Below, piece after piece: positions 1 to 13,809 of a stretch of DNA of 64,000 bases. The notes beneath the pieces were generated by a model. The model was not told the origin of the DNA, made no database searches, and worked only from the letters and a program-made list of their open reading frames with translations. The DNA is taken from NCBI RefSeq assembly GCF_004010195.1, contig NC_057758.1:4516793-4580792 (forward strand). The letters are read 5' to 3'. Numbering within the stretch: the first letter of the stretch is position 1; each line of letters begins with the position of its first letter. Position numbers and translations under genes: made by a program. Source of the stretch: Chiloscyllium plagiosum. Its lineage: Eukaryota.

Positions 1-3000
1 AACCATCACGTCCCGACATACCTCCCACTGTACAGTAACCATCACGTCCCGACATACCTCCCACTGTACAGTAACCATCACGTCCCGACATACCTCCCAC
101 TGTACAGTAACCATCACGTCCCGACATACCTCCCACTGTACAGTAACCATCACGTCCCGACATACCTCCCACTGTACAGAAAGCACCACGGCCCGACATA
201 CCTCCCACTGTACAGTAACCATCACGTCCCGACATATCTCCCACTGCACAGTAACCACCACGGCCAAACATACCTCCCACTGTATAGTAACCGTCACGGC
301 CCGATATATCTCCTACTGAACAGTAACCATCAAGACCCGACATACCTCCCACTGTCCAATAACCATCACACCCCGACATAGCTCTCACCGTAAAGTAACC
401 ATCACGACCCGACATACTTCCCACTGTACAGTAACCATCACATCCCGACATACCTCCCACTGTACAGTAACCATCACGGCCCGACATACCTCTGACTGTA
501 CAGTAACCACCACGGTCCGACATACCTCCCGCTGGACAGTAACCACCATGGCCTGACATACCTCCCTCTGTAGAGTAACCATCACGTCCCGACATACTTC
601 CCACAGTACAGAAACCATCACGTCCCGACATACCTACTACTGTACAGTAACCATCACGGCACGACATACCTCCCAATGTACAGTAACCACCACGGTCCGA
701 CATACCACCGGTTTTCATTTAGCACCACGGCACGACATACCTCCCACTGTACAGTAACCATCACGTCCCGACATACCTCCCACTGTACAGTAACCATCAC
801 GGCCCGACATACCTCCCGGTGTACAGTGACCACCACGGCCCGACATACTTCCCACTGAACAGTAACCACCACGGCCAAACATACCTCCCACTGTATAGTA
901 ACCATCAAGGCCCGACATACCTCCCACTGTGCAGTAAGTATCACGGCCCGGCATACCTCTCATTGTACAGGAACCATCACGGTCCGACATACCTCCCACT
1001 GTACAGTAACCGTCACGGCCCGACATACCTCCCGCTGTACAGTAACCACCACGGCTCGACTTAGGGCCCACTGTACCGGAACCATCACGTGTCGACATAC
1101 CTATCACAGTACAGTAACCACCACGGTCCGTCATACCTCCCAATGTACAGTAACCATCACGGCCCGACATCCCTCCCACTGCACAATAACCTTCACTCTC
1201 CGACATACCTCCCACTGTACAGAAAACATCACGTCTCGACATACCTCTCACAGTACAGTAACCACCACGGTCCGTCATACCTCCCGCTGTACTGTAACCA
1301 TCACGGCCCGACAAACCTCCGACTGTACAGTAACCACCACGGCCCGTCATACCTCCCACTGTACAGTAACCACAACGGCCCGACATACTTGCCACAGTAC
1401 AGTAATCATCACGCCCCGATATACCTCCCACTGTACAGTGACCATCACGGCCCGACATATCTCCCACTGTACAGTAACCATCACGTCCCGACATACCTCC
1501 CACAGTACAGCAACCATCACGGCCCGACATACCTCGCACTGTACAGTAAGAATCACGGCCGACATACCTCCCACTGTACAGTTACCATCACGGCCCGACA
1601 TACCTCCCACTGTATAGTAACCATCACGGCACGACATACCTCCCACTGTACAGTAACTACCACGGCCCGACATACCTCCCACTGTCCAATAACCATCACA
1701 CCCCGACATATCTCTCACCGTAAAGTAACCATCACGACCCGACATACCTTCCACTGTACAGTAACAATCACGGTCCGACACACCTCCCACTGTCCAGTAA
1801 CCATCAAGGCCCGACATACCTCTTACTGTACAGTAACCACCACGGTCCGACATACCTCCCGCTGGACAGTAACCACCACGGTCCGACATACCACCGGTTT
1901 TCATTTAGCACCACGGCCCTACATACCTCCAACTGTACAGTAACCATCACATCCCGACATACCTCCCACTGTACAGTAACCATCACGGCCCGACATACCT
2001 CCCGGTGTACAGTAACCACCACGGCCCGACATACCTCCCACTGTACAGTAACCATCACGTCCCGACATACCTCCCACTGAACAGTAACCACCACGGCCAA
2101 ACATACCTCCCACTGTATAGTAAACATCAAGGCCCGATATACCTCCCGGTGTACAGTAACCACCACGGTCCGACATACCTCCCACTGTACAGTAACCACC
2201 ACGGTCCGACATACCACCGGTTTTCATTTAGCACCACGGCCCGACATACCTGCCACTGTACAATAACCATCACGGCCCGACATACCTCCCGGTGTACAGT
2301 AACCACCACGGCCCGACATATCTCCCACTGTACAGTAACCATCACGTCCCGACATATCTCACACTGAACAGTAACCACCACGGCCAAACATACCTCCCAC
2401 TGTATAGTCACCATCAAGGCCCGACATACCTCCCACTGTAAAGTAAGTATCACGGCCCGGCATACCTCCCAATGTACAGGAACCATCACGGTCCGCAATA
2501 CCTCCCACTGTACAGTAACCGTCACGGCCCGACATACCTGCCACTGTGCAGTCACCATCACGTCCCGACATAGCTCCCACAGTGCAGTAACCATCTCGGC
2601 CAGACAGACTTCCCACTGTACAGTAACCATCACGCCCCGACATACCTCCCACTGTTCAGTAAGCATCACGGCCCGACCTACCTCCCAGTGTACAGGAACC
2701 ATCACGTCTCGATATACCTCTCATAGTACAGTATCGACCACGGTCCGACATACCTTCCGCTGTACAGTAACCACCACGGCTCGACTTAGGGCCCACTGTA
2801 CCGGAACCATCACGTGTCGACATACCTCTCACAGTACAGTAACCACCACGGTCCGTCATACCTCCCGCTGTACAGTAACCATCACGGCCCGACATACCTC
2901 CCGCTGTACAGTAACCACCACGGCCCGTCATATCTCCCACTGTACAGTAACCACCACGGCCCTACATAGCTCCCACTGTACAGGAACCATCACGTCCCGA

Positions 3001-6000
3001 CATACTTCCCACAGTACAGTAATCATCACGCCCCGACATACCTCCCACTGTACAGGAACCACCACGGTCTGACATACCTCCCGGTGTAAAGAAACCATCA
3101 CGGCCCGACATATCTCCCACTGTACAGTGACAATCACGGCGAACATACCTCCCACTGTACAGTAACCATCACGGCCCGGCATACCTCCCACAGTACAATA
3201 ACCATCACGGTCCGAAAAATCTCCCACTGAACCGTAACCATCACGGCCCGACATACCTCCCACTGTCCAATACCCATCACACCGCGATATATCTCTCACT
3301 GTAAAGTAACCATCACGACCCGACATACCTCCCACTGTACAGTAACCATCACGTCCCGACATACTTCCCACAGGACAGAAACCATCACGTTCCGACATAC
3401 CTCCCACTGTACAGTAACCACCACGGTCCGACATGCCTCCCGCTGGACAGTAACCACCATGGCCCGACATACCTCCCTCGGTACAGTAACCATCACATCC
3501 CGACATACTTCCCACAGTACAGAAACCATCACGTCCCGACATACCTACTACTGTACAGTAACCATCACGGCACGACATACCTCCCACTGTACAGTAACCA
3601 TCACGTCCCGACATACCTCCCACTGTACAGTAACCATCACGGCCCGACACACCTCCCGGTGTACAGTGACCACCACGGCCCGACATACCTCCCACTGTAC
3701 AGTAACCATCAGTCCCGACATATCTCCCACTGAACAGTAACCAAAACGGCCAAACATACCTCCCACTGTCTAGTCACCGTCACGGCCCGACATATCTCCC
3801 ACTGAACAGTAACCATCAAGGCCCGACAAACCTCCCACTGTACAGTACGTATCACGGCCCGGCATACCTCCCACTGTACAGGAACCATCACGGCCCGACA
3901 TACCTGCCACTGTGCAGTAACCATACAGTCTCGACATACCTCTCACAGTAAAGTAACGACCACGGTCCGACATACCTTCCGCTGTACAGTAACCACCACG
4001 GCTCGACTTAGAGCCCACTGTACCGGAACCATCACGTCTCGACATACCTCTCACAGTACAGTAACCACCACGGTCCGTCATACCTCCCGCTGTACAGTAA
4101 CCATCACGGCCCAACATACCTCCCGCTGTACAGTAACCACCACGGCCCGTCATACCTCCCACTGTACAGTAACCATCACGTCCCGACATACTTCCCACAG
4201 TACAGTAATCATCACGCCCCGACATACCTCCCACTGTACAGTAACCATCACGGCACGACATGCCTCCCACTGTACAGGAACCACCACGGTCCGACATACC
4301 TCCCGGTGTAAAGTAACCACCACGGCACGACATACCTCCCACTGTATTGTAACCATCACGTCCCGACATACCTTCCACGGTACAGTAACCATCACGGCCC
4401 GACATACCTCCCACTGTACAGTAACCACCATGGTCCGACATACCACTGGTTTTCATTCAGCACCACGGCCCGACATACCTCCCACTGAACAGTAACTATC
4501 ACGTCCCGACATACCTCCCACTGTACAGTAACCATCACGGCCCGACATACCTCCCACTGTACGGTAACCACCATGGTCCGACATACCACCGGTTTTCATT
4601 CAGCACCACGGCCCGACATACCTCCCACTGTACAGTAACCATCACGGCCCAACATACCTCCCGGTTTACAGAAACCACCACGGCCCGACATACCTCCCAC
4701 TGTTCAGTAACCATCACGTCCCGACATATCTCCCACTGAACAGTAACCACCACAGCCAAACATACCTCCCACTGAACAGTCACCATCAAGGCCCGACATA
4801 CCTCCCACTGTACAGGAACCATCACGTCCCTACATACCTCCCACTGCACAGTAACTATCACCGCCCGGCATACCTGCCACTGTGCAGTCACCATCACGTC
4901 CCGACATACCTTCCACTGTGCAGTAACCATCAAGGCACGGCATACCTCCAACTGTACAGTAACAACCACGGCCCTACATACCTCCCGGTGTACAGTAACT
5001 ACCACGGACCGGCATACCTTCCTCTGTACAGTAACCATCACGTCCCGACATAACTCCCACAGTACAGTAACCATCACGGCCAGACATATCTCCCACTGAA
5101 CAGTAACCATCAAGGCCAAACATACCTCCTACTGAACAGTAACTATCACGGCCCGGCATATCTCCCACTATACAGTAACCATCACGGCCCTACATCCCTC
5201 TCACTGTCCAGTAACAATCACCGCCAAACATACCTCCCACTGTACAGTAACCGTCCCGGCCCGACATACCTCCCGCTGTGCAGTAACCATCACACCATGA
5301 TATACCTCCCACTGTACAGTAACCATTACGGCCTGGCATACCTCCCACTGTACAGTAACCATCACGGCCCTACTTACCTCCCACTGTACCATTACCATCA
5401 CGGCCCTACTTACCTCCCACTGTACTGTGACCATTTCAGCCCGACATATCTCCCACTGTACAGTAACCAACACGGCCCGACATACCTCCCACTGTACAGT
5501 AACCATCACACCTCGTCATATCTCCCACTGTACAGTAACAATCACGCCCCGACATACCTCCAACTGTGCATTAAACGTCAAGGAACGAAACACCGACCAC
5601 TCGACAGTAATCATCACGGTCCGAGATACCTCCCACTCCACAGAAACCACCACTGCCCGATAAACATCCCAATGTGCATTAACCATCACAGCCTGACATT
5701 CCTCCCACTGTATAGTAACCATCATGGACCGACATACCTCCCACTGCACAGTAACAATTTCAGCCCGTCATACCCCCCAATGTACAGTCACCATCACGAC
5801 CCGACATACCTCCCACTGTACAGTAACCATCAAGGCCCGACGTACCTCCCACTATATAGTGACCATCACGGCCCGACATACCTCCCACTGTACAGTAACC
5901 GCCACGGTCCTACATACCACCCGCTGTACAGTACCCATCACGGTCCAACATACCTCCCACTGTACAGTAACCATCACAGCGCGACATACCTCCCACTCCA

Positions 6001-9000
6001 CAGTAACCATCACAGCCTGACATACCTACAATGTACAGTAACCATCATGGACCGACATACCTCCCACTGTACAGTAACCATCACAGCCCGTCACAACCCC
6101 CACCGTTCAGTAACCATCACGGCCGATATACCTCTCACTATACGGTAACCCATCACGGCTCGACATTCCTCCCACTGTACAGTAAACATCACTGCCTGAC
6201 ATACCTGCCACTGTACAGTAACCGCTACGTCCCGACATACCTCTCACAGTACAGTAACCACCACGGTCCGACATACCTCCCGCTGTACAGTACCACCACG
6301 GCCAGACATATCGCCCACTGTACAGGAACCATCGCATCCCGACGTACCTCCCACAGTTCAGTAACCATCACGGCCCGACATACCTCATCTGTACATTAAC
6401 AATAATGGCCCGACATACCTCCCACTGTACAGTAACCATCACGGCCCGACATACCTCTCACTGTACACTAACCATCACGGTCCGACATACCTCCCACTGT
6501 ACAGTAGCCACCATGACCCGACATACCTCCTACTGTACAGTAACCATCACGTCCCGACATACTTCCCACAGTACAGAAACCATCACGTCCCGACATACCT
6601 CCTACTGTACAGGAACCATCACGGCCCTACATACCTCCCAATATACAGTAACCACCACGGCCCGACATACCTCCCGGTGTACAGTAAGCACCGCGGCCCG
6701 ACATACCTCCCACTGTACAGTAACCATCACGACCCGACATTCCTCCCGGTGTACAGTAACCACCACGGCCCGACATAAATCCCACTGTATGGTAACCGTC
6801 ACGTCCCGACATATCGCCCACAGAACAGTAACCATTAAGGCCCGACATACCTCCCACTGTACAGTAACTATCACGGCCCGGCATACCTCCCATTGTACAG
6901 TAACAATCACGGCCCTACATACCTCCCACTGTACAGTAACCATCACCGCCCGGCATAACTCACAATGTCCAGTAACCATCCTGGCTCGACACACCTCCCA
7001 CTGTACAGTAACCGTCACAGCCCGACATACCTCCCACTGTGCAGTAACCATCACATCCCGACATACCCCCCACAGTGCAGTAAGCATCAGGGCCCGATAT
7101 ACTTCCCACTGCACAGTAACCATCGCGTCCCGACATACCTCCCACTGTTCAGTAACCATCACGGCCCGAGTTACCTCCCACAGTACAGTAACCATCACGC
7201 CTCACATACATCTCACAGTACAGTAAACACCACGGTCCGACATACCTCCCGCTGTACAGTAACCACCACGGCCCGACATACCTCCCACTGTACAGGAACC
7301 ATCACGTCCCGACATACTTCCCACAGTACAGTAATCATCACGCCCCGACATACCTCCCACTGTACAGTAACCATCACGGCCCGACATATCTCCCACTGTA
7401 CAGTAACCATCACGGCCCGACATACCTCCCCCTGTACAGTAACCACCACGGTCCGACATACCTCCCGCTGTACAGGAACCACCACAGCCCGTCATACCTC
7501 CCACTGTACAGTATCCATCACACCCCGACATATCTCCCACTGTACAGTAACCATCACGACTAGACATAACTCCCACTGTACAGTAACCATCACGGCCCGA
7601 CATACCTCGCAGTGTACAGTAACCATCATGGCCCGACATACCTCCCACTGTTCAGTAACCATCACGGCCTGACATACCTCCCACTGTACAGTAACCATCA
7701 CGTCTCGATATACCTCTCACAGTAAAGTAACGACCACGGTCCGACATACCTCCCACAGTACAGTAACCACCACGGCTCAACTTAGGGCCCACAGTGCCGG
7801 AACCATCACGGCCCGACATTACTCCCGCTGTACAGTAAACACCACGGCCCGTCATACCTCCCACTGTACAGTTACCACCACGGCTCGACATAGCTCCCAC
7901 TGTACAGGAACCATCACGTCCCGACATACCTCCCACTGTACAGTAACCATCACGGCCCGACATACCTCCCACTGAACCGTAACCATCACGGCCCGACATA
8001 CCTGCCACTGTCCAATAACCATCACACCGCGATATATCTCTCACTGTAAAGTAACCATCACGAACCGACATACCTCCCACTGTACAGTAACATCACGGCC
8101 CGACATACCTCCCACTGTACAGTAACCATCACGGCCCGACATACCTCTCACTGTACAGTAACCATCACGCCCCGACAAACTCCCACTGTACAGTAACCGT
8201 CAAGCAACGACACACCGACCAGTCGACAGTAACCATCACGGTCCAACATACCTCCCACTGTACAGTAACCATCACAGCCCGTCATACACCCACTGCACAG
8301 TAACCATCACGACTCGACATACCTCCCACTGTACAGTAAACATCACGGCCCGACATACCTCTCACTGTACAGTAACCATCACGCCCCGACAACCTCCCAC
8401 TGTACAGTAACCGTCAAGGAACGACACACCGACCAGTCGACAGTAACCATCACGGTCCAACATACCTCCCACTGTACAGTAAACATCACGGCCCGACATA
8501 CCTCCCAATGTACAATAACCATCACAGCCTGACATACCTCCCACTGTACAGTATACGTCACGGTCCGACATACCGCGCACTGTTCAGTAACCATCACAGC
8601 CCGTCATACCCCGTACTGTACAGTAAACATCGCATCCATACATACCTCCCAATGTATAATAACCATCACTTCCTGACATACCTCCCACTGTACAGTAACC
8701 ACCACGGTCTGCCATACCTGCCGCTGTACAGTAACCACCACGGCCTGATATATATCTGCCACTCTGTAGTAAACATCACGTCCCGACATACCTCCCACGT
8801 TCAGTCACCATCACGGCTCGACATACCTCCCACTGTACAGTTACCATCACGTCCCGACATATCTCTCACAGTACAGTAACGACCACAGTCCGACATACCT
8901 CCCGCTGTACGGTAACTACCACGGCCAGACATATCGCCCACTGTACAGTAACCATCGCATCCCGACATACCTCCCACAGTTCAGTAACAATCACGGCCCG

Positions 9001-11997
9001 ACATACCTCCCACTGTACAGAAACCATCACGTCCCGACATACCTCCTACTGTACAGTAAACATCACGGCCCGACATACCTACCACTGTACATTAACCACC
9101 ACGGTCCGATATACCTCCCGGTGTACAGTAAGCACCACGGCCCGACATACCTCCCACTGTACAGTAACCACCACGGTCCGACATACCTCCCGCTGTACAG
9201 TAACCATCACACACCGACATACCTCCCACTCTACAGTAAACACCAGGACTCGACATACCTCCCAATTTACAGTAACCATCACGGCCCTACTTAGCTCCTA
9301 CTGTACACTAACCATCACTCCCCGACATATCTCCCACTGTACAGTAACCATCACGACCAGACATACCACCGACTGTACAGTAACCATGACGGCCTGACAT
9401 ACCCCGCCACTGTCCAGTATCCATCAGGGCCCGACATACCTCCCAATGAACAGTAACCACCACGGCCAAACATACCTCCCACTGTATAGTAACCGTCACG
9501 GCCCGACATATCTCCCACTGAACAGTAACCACCACGGCCAAACATACCTACCACTGTATAGTAAACGTCACGGCCCGAAATATCTCCCACTGAACAGTAA
9601 CCATCAAGGCCCGACATACCTCCCACTGTACAGTAAGTATCACGGCCCGGCATACCTCCCACTGTACAGGAACCATCACGGCCCTACATACCTCACACTG
9701 TACAGTAACCATCACCGCCCGGCATAACTCCCACAGTACAGTAACCATCACGCCTCGACACACCTCCCACTGTACAGTAACCATCACGGCCCAACATACC
9801 TCCCGGTTCACAGAAACCACCACGGCCCGACATACCTCCCACTGTTCAGTAAGTATCACGGCCCGGCATACCTCCTACTGTACAGGAACCATCACGGCCC
9901 GACATACCTCCCACTGTACAGTAACCGTCACGGCCCGACATACCTGCCACTGTGCTGTAACCATCACGTCCCGACATAGCTCCCACTGTACAGTAACCAT
10001 CACGACCAGACATACCTCCCACTGTACAGTAACCATCACGGCCCGACATACCTCGCAGTGTACAGTAACCATCATGGCCCGACATACCTCCCACTGTTCA
10101 GTAACCATCACGGCCCGACATATCTCCCACTGTGCAGTAACCGTCACGGCCCGACATAACTCCCACTGTACAGAAACCGTCACGGCCCGACATTCCTCCC
10201 ACTGTACAGTAACTATCACACCCCGACATATCTCCCACTGTACAGTAACCATCCAGACCAGACATACCTCCCACTGTACAGTAACCATCACGGCCTGACA
10301 TACCCAGCCACTGTCCAGTATCCATCACGGCCCGACATACCTCGCAGTGTACAGTAACCATCACGGCCCGACATACCTCCCACTGTACAGGAGCCATCAC
10401 GTCTCGACATACCTCTCACAGTACAGTAACCACCACGGTCCGACATACCTCCCGCTGTGCAGTAACCACCACGGCCCGACTTAGGGCCCACTGTACAGGA
10501 ACCATCACGTATCGACATACCTCTCACAGTACAGTAACCACCACGGTCCGNNNNNNNNNNNNNNNNNNNNNNNNNNNNNACATACCTCCCACTGTACAGT
10601 AACCATCACCGCCCGGCATAACTCCCACTGTCCAGTAACCATCCTGGCTCGACACACCTCCCACTGTACAGTAACCGTCACAGCCCGACATACATCCCAC
10701 TGTGCAGTTACCATCACATCCCGACATACCCCCCACAGTGCAGTAAGCATCAGGGCCCGATATACTTCCCACTGCACAGTAACCATCGCGTCCCGACATA
10801 CATCCCACTGTTCAGTAACCATCACGGCCCGACTTACCTCCCACAGTACAGTAACCATCACGTCTCGACATACATCTCACAGTACAGTAAACACCACGGT
10901 CCTACATACCTCCCGCTGTACAGTAACCACCACGGCCCGACATAGCGCCCCCTGTACAGTAACCATCACGTCCCGACATACCTCCACACAGTACAGTAAC
11001 CATCACTGCCCGACATACCTCCCACTGTACAGTAACCATCACGGCCCGACATATCTCCCAATGTACAGTAACCATCACGGCCCGACATACCTCCCACTGT
11101 ACAGTAACCACCACGGTCCGACACACCTCCCGCTGTACAGGAACCACCACAGCCCGTCATACCTCCCACTGTACAGTCCCCACCACGATCCGACATACCT
11201 CCCGCGGTACAGTAACCACCACGGCCCGATACAGCTCCCACTGTACAGGAACCATCACGTCCCGACATACTTCCCACTGTACCGTAATCATCATGTCCCG
11301 ACATACCTCCTACTGTATCGTAACCATCACGGCCCGACATACTTCCCACAGTATAGTAATCATCATATCCCGACATACCTCCTACTGTATCGTAACCATC
11401 ACGGCACGACATATCTCCCACTGTACAGTAACCATCACGTCCCAACATACCTCCCACAGTACAGTAACCATCACGGCCCGACATACCTCCCACTGTACAG
11501 GAACAATCACGGTCGACATACGTCCCACTGCACAGTAACAATCACGGCCCGGCATACCTCCCACTGTGTAGTAACCGTCACGTCCCGATATACCTCCCAC
11601 AGTACAGTAACCATCACGTCCCGACATACCTCCCACTGTACCGTAACCATCACGGCCCGACAATACTCCCACTGTCCAATAATCATCACACCCCGACATG
11701 CACCCCATTCTGCAGTAAACATCACGACTCGATATACATCCCACTGTACAGTAACCATCACGGCCCTCCTTACCTCCCAGTGTACTGTAACCATCACTAC
11801 CCGATATACCTCCCAGTGTACAGTAACCATCACGGCCCGACATACCTCCCACTGTACAGTAACCGCCACGGTCCTACATACCTCCCGCTGTACAGTACCT
11901 ATCACGGTCCAACATACCTCCCACTGTACAGTAACCATCACAGCGCGACATACCTCCCACTCCACAGTAACCATCACAGCCTGACGTACCTACAATG
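1..11997. repeat. 36-bp tandem satellite/minisatellite array (~330 units)
   Basis: Consensus AACCATCACG(G/T)CCCGACATACCTCCCACTGTACAGT restarts at 1, 37, 73, 109 and so on, and carries the 10-bp palindrome ACTGTACAGT. The + strand is C-rich. The 12-aa periodic ORFs (YSNHHGPTYLPL, TVTITARHTSHC, GGMSGRDGYCTV) are translations of the unit. There is a small gap at 10551-10579. Confidence 0.97.
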
Positions 11998-12497
11998 NNN
12001 NNNNNNNNNNNNNNNNNNNNNNNNNNNNNNNNNNNNNNNNNNNNNNNNNNNNNNNNNNNNNNNNNNNNNNNNNNNNNNNNNNNNNNNNNNNNNNNNNNNN
12101 NNNNNNNNNNNNNNNNNNNNNNNNNNNNNNNNNNNNNNNNNNNNNNNNNNNNNNNNNNNNNNNNNNNNNNNNNNNNNNNNNNNNNNNNNNNNNNNNNNNN
12201 NNNNNNNNNNNNNNNNNNNNNNNNNNNNNNNNNNNNNNNNNNNNNNNNNNNNNNNNNNNNNNNNNNNNNNNNNNNNNNNNNNNNNNNNNNNNNNNNNNNN
12301 NNNNNNNNNNNNNNNNNNNNNNNNNNNNNNNNNNNNNNNNNNNNNNNNNNNNNNNNNNNNNNNNNNNNNNNNNNNNNNNNNNNNNNNNNNNNNNNNNNNN
12401 NNNNNNNNNNNNNNNNNNNNNNNNNNNNNNNNNNNNNNNNNNNNNNNNNNNNNNNNNNNNNNNNNNNNNNNNNNNNNNNNNNNNNNNNNNNNNNNNN
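11998..12497. other. Assembly gap of exactly 500 N (probably unsized scaffolding gap)
   Basis: Run of 500 N, and 63498-63997 is also exactly 500 N. Other gaps: 26922-27471, 41100-41412, 42930-43845, 46234-47087, 51662-52177. Confidence 0.95.
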
Positions 12498-13809
12498 CAT
12501 TATACAGGGAACTTAAGTCTAACCTTGTAAACACAACCTACGTCACTTTTTGGTCGATTATCGGTAACTTGAACTGCTCAAGATGATTCGACATATTGTA
12601 CTGCAAAGTGTGAAATTCAAAGACAACATGTTTCTTACTGGTGTGCATACAATTCACGTTGGTAGTAGCGAAATATCCAAATGCAGTTATCAAAAACGCT
12701 TACTTTCGTTATAGTTGACCAATTTCATTGTATGGATTATTCTGCCCCCGACCTCCACTTTTAAGTTCGGAGATCAATGCAAAATGTAATGATCTCATGT
12801 CCTTTGCTTACCCTGATCTGAGCTTCGTCATCCACGTCTCCTCATCACAAATATCACATAAATCCCGCTGTGATTTCTTGATCGTGCGTGAACAAGATTG
12901 TAGTTTCCTTCATCCTCTCATTTGCATTTGTTTATTTTCTTTACTGTTTACTCCGCTGTGCAACTCAGTCAAAGTGCTGTTCCACACCAAATGCAGCAAA
13001 TCACTTAACTGGTTTTCAAATTATGCAGTGACTCACGCAGCCTGCTGTGCATCACTGACAAAGTAACATTATAACATTTCAAACAGATTGGTCATGATGG
13101 GGAGTCTTCCTTCAAGTATCTCACAGCTAGCTATGTATTCCAGCACAGCTACAACTCGAGACTCTATCCGAAAATGCAGAAACTCGCCAAGGTTTACCTT
13201 CTGCACAAAGGCAAATCCAAGATAGCCGACAGTGCAATCAAGCAGCAAGTGCTCAGAAATAATCTGATCAGTAACGCCCCCTTTGGGTTCCACCAAGACA
13301 AATCTGTTCTTAACCTCACTGCAACGTTCGTTGAAACATGGACAAAGGAACGAAATTCTAGTGGTGATGTGACATCAGTCCTTGTCATCAAGGCCGCATG
13401 GAACTAGGTGTGGTATCAAGGAGCTGTATTATAACTGGAATCAATGTTTATCAGGGATTAAATATCCAGTGCTTGAAGCCATATCTGGCACAGAAGATTA
13501 TAGTCATGCTGGCGCTCTGTCATCCCACCTCCACGTTATTTCTTACGAAATTCCACAGAGAAGCGTCCTCTGCCAAACAACATTCAGTTGCTTCATCAGT
13601 GGCCTTCCCTTCATCACTAGATCTGAAGTGAGGATGTTCACTGTTGTAGGCACAATGTTCAACACAATTCACGAGTTCACAGAAACTGACACAGTCCATG
13701 CTGAAGTGTAAGGGGACCTGGGCAATAACGAGGCATGGGCTGAAAACTCACAGGCAATATTTGCGCAATGCAAATGCGAGGCTCTGACGATCAGTGTCAA
13801 AATGTTCGG

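Noticed and set aside
385..11984. Dozens of long ORFs as mucin-, keratin-associated- or zinc-finger-like genes
   Set aside because: They overlap in four frames on both strands, shift frame at monomer indels and have no unique domain, so they are products of the 36-bp unit.
1..11997. CRISPR-like array (36-bp repeat with internal palindrome)
   Set aside because: Units are head-to-tail with no unique spacers, there are no cas genes, and the context is a vertebrate genome.
1..11997. V(D)J recombination signal-like heptamers (CACTGTG/CACAGTG variants)
   Set aside because: No consistent nonamer at 12- or 23-bp spacing, and no Ig or TCR segments are visible.
11990..12510. Physical adjacency of the satellite and the receptor duplication as a functional link
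   Set aside because: They are joined only by a fixed 500-N gap, so distance and orientation are unknown.
11780..12586. ORFs spanning N runs (also near 26787, 40966, 42820, 46187, 51577)
   Set aside because: Artefacts of translating assembly gaps.
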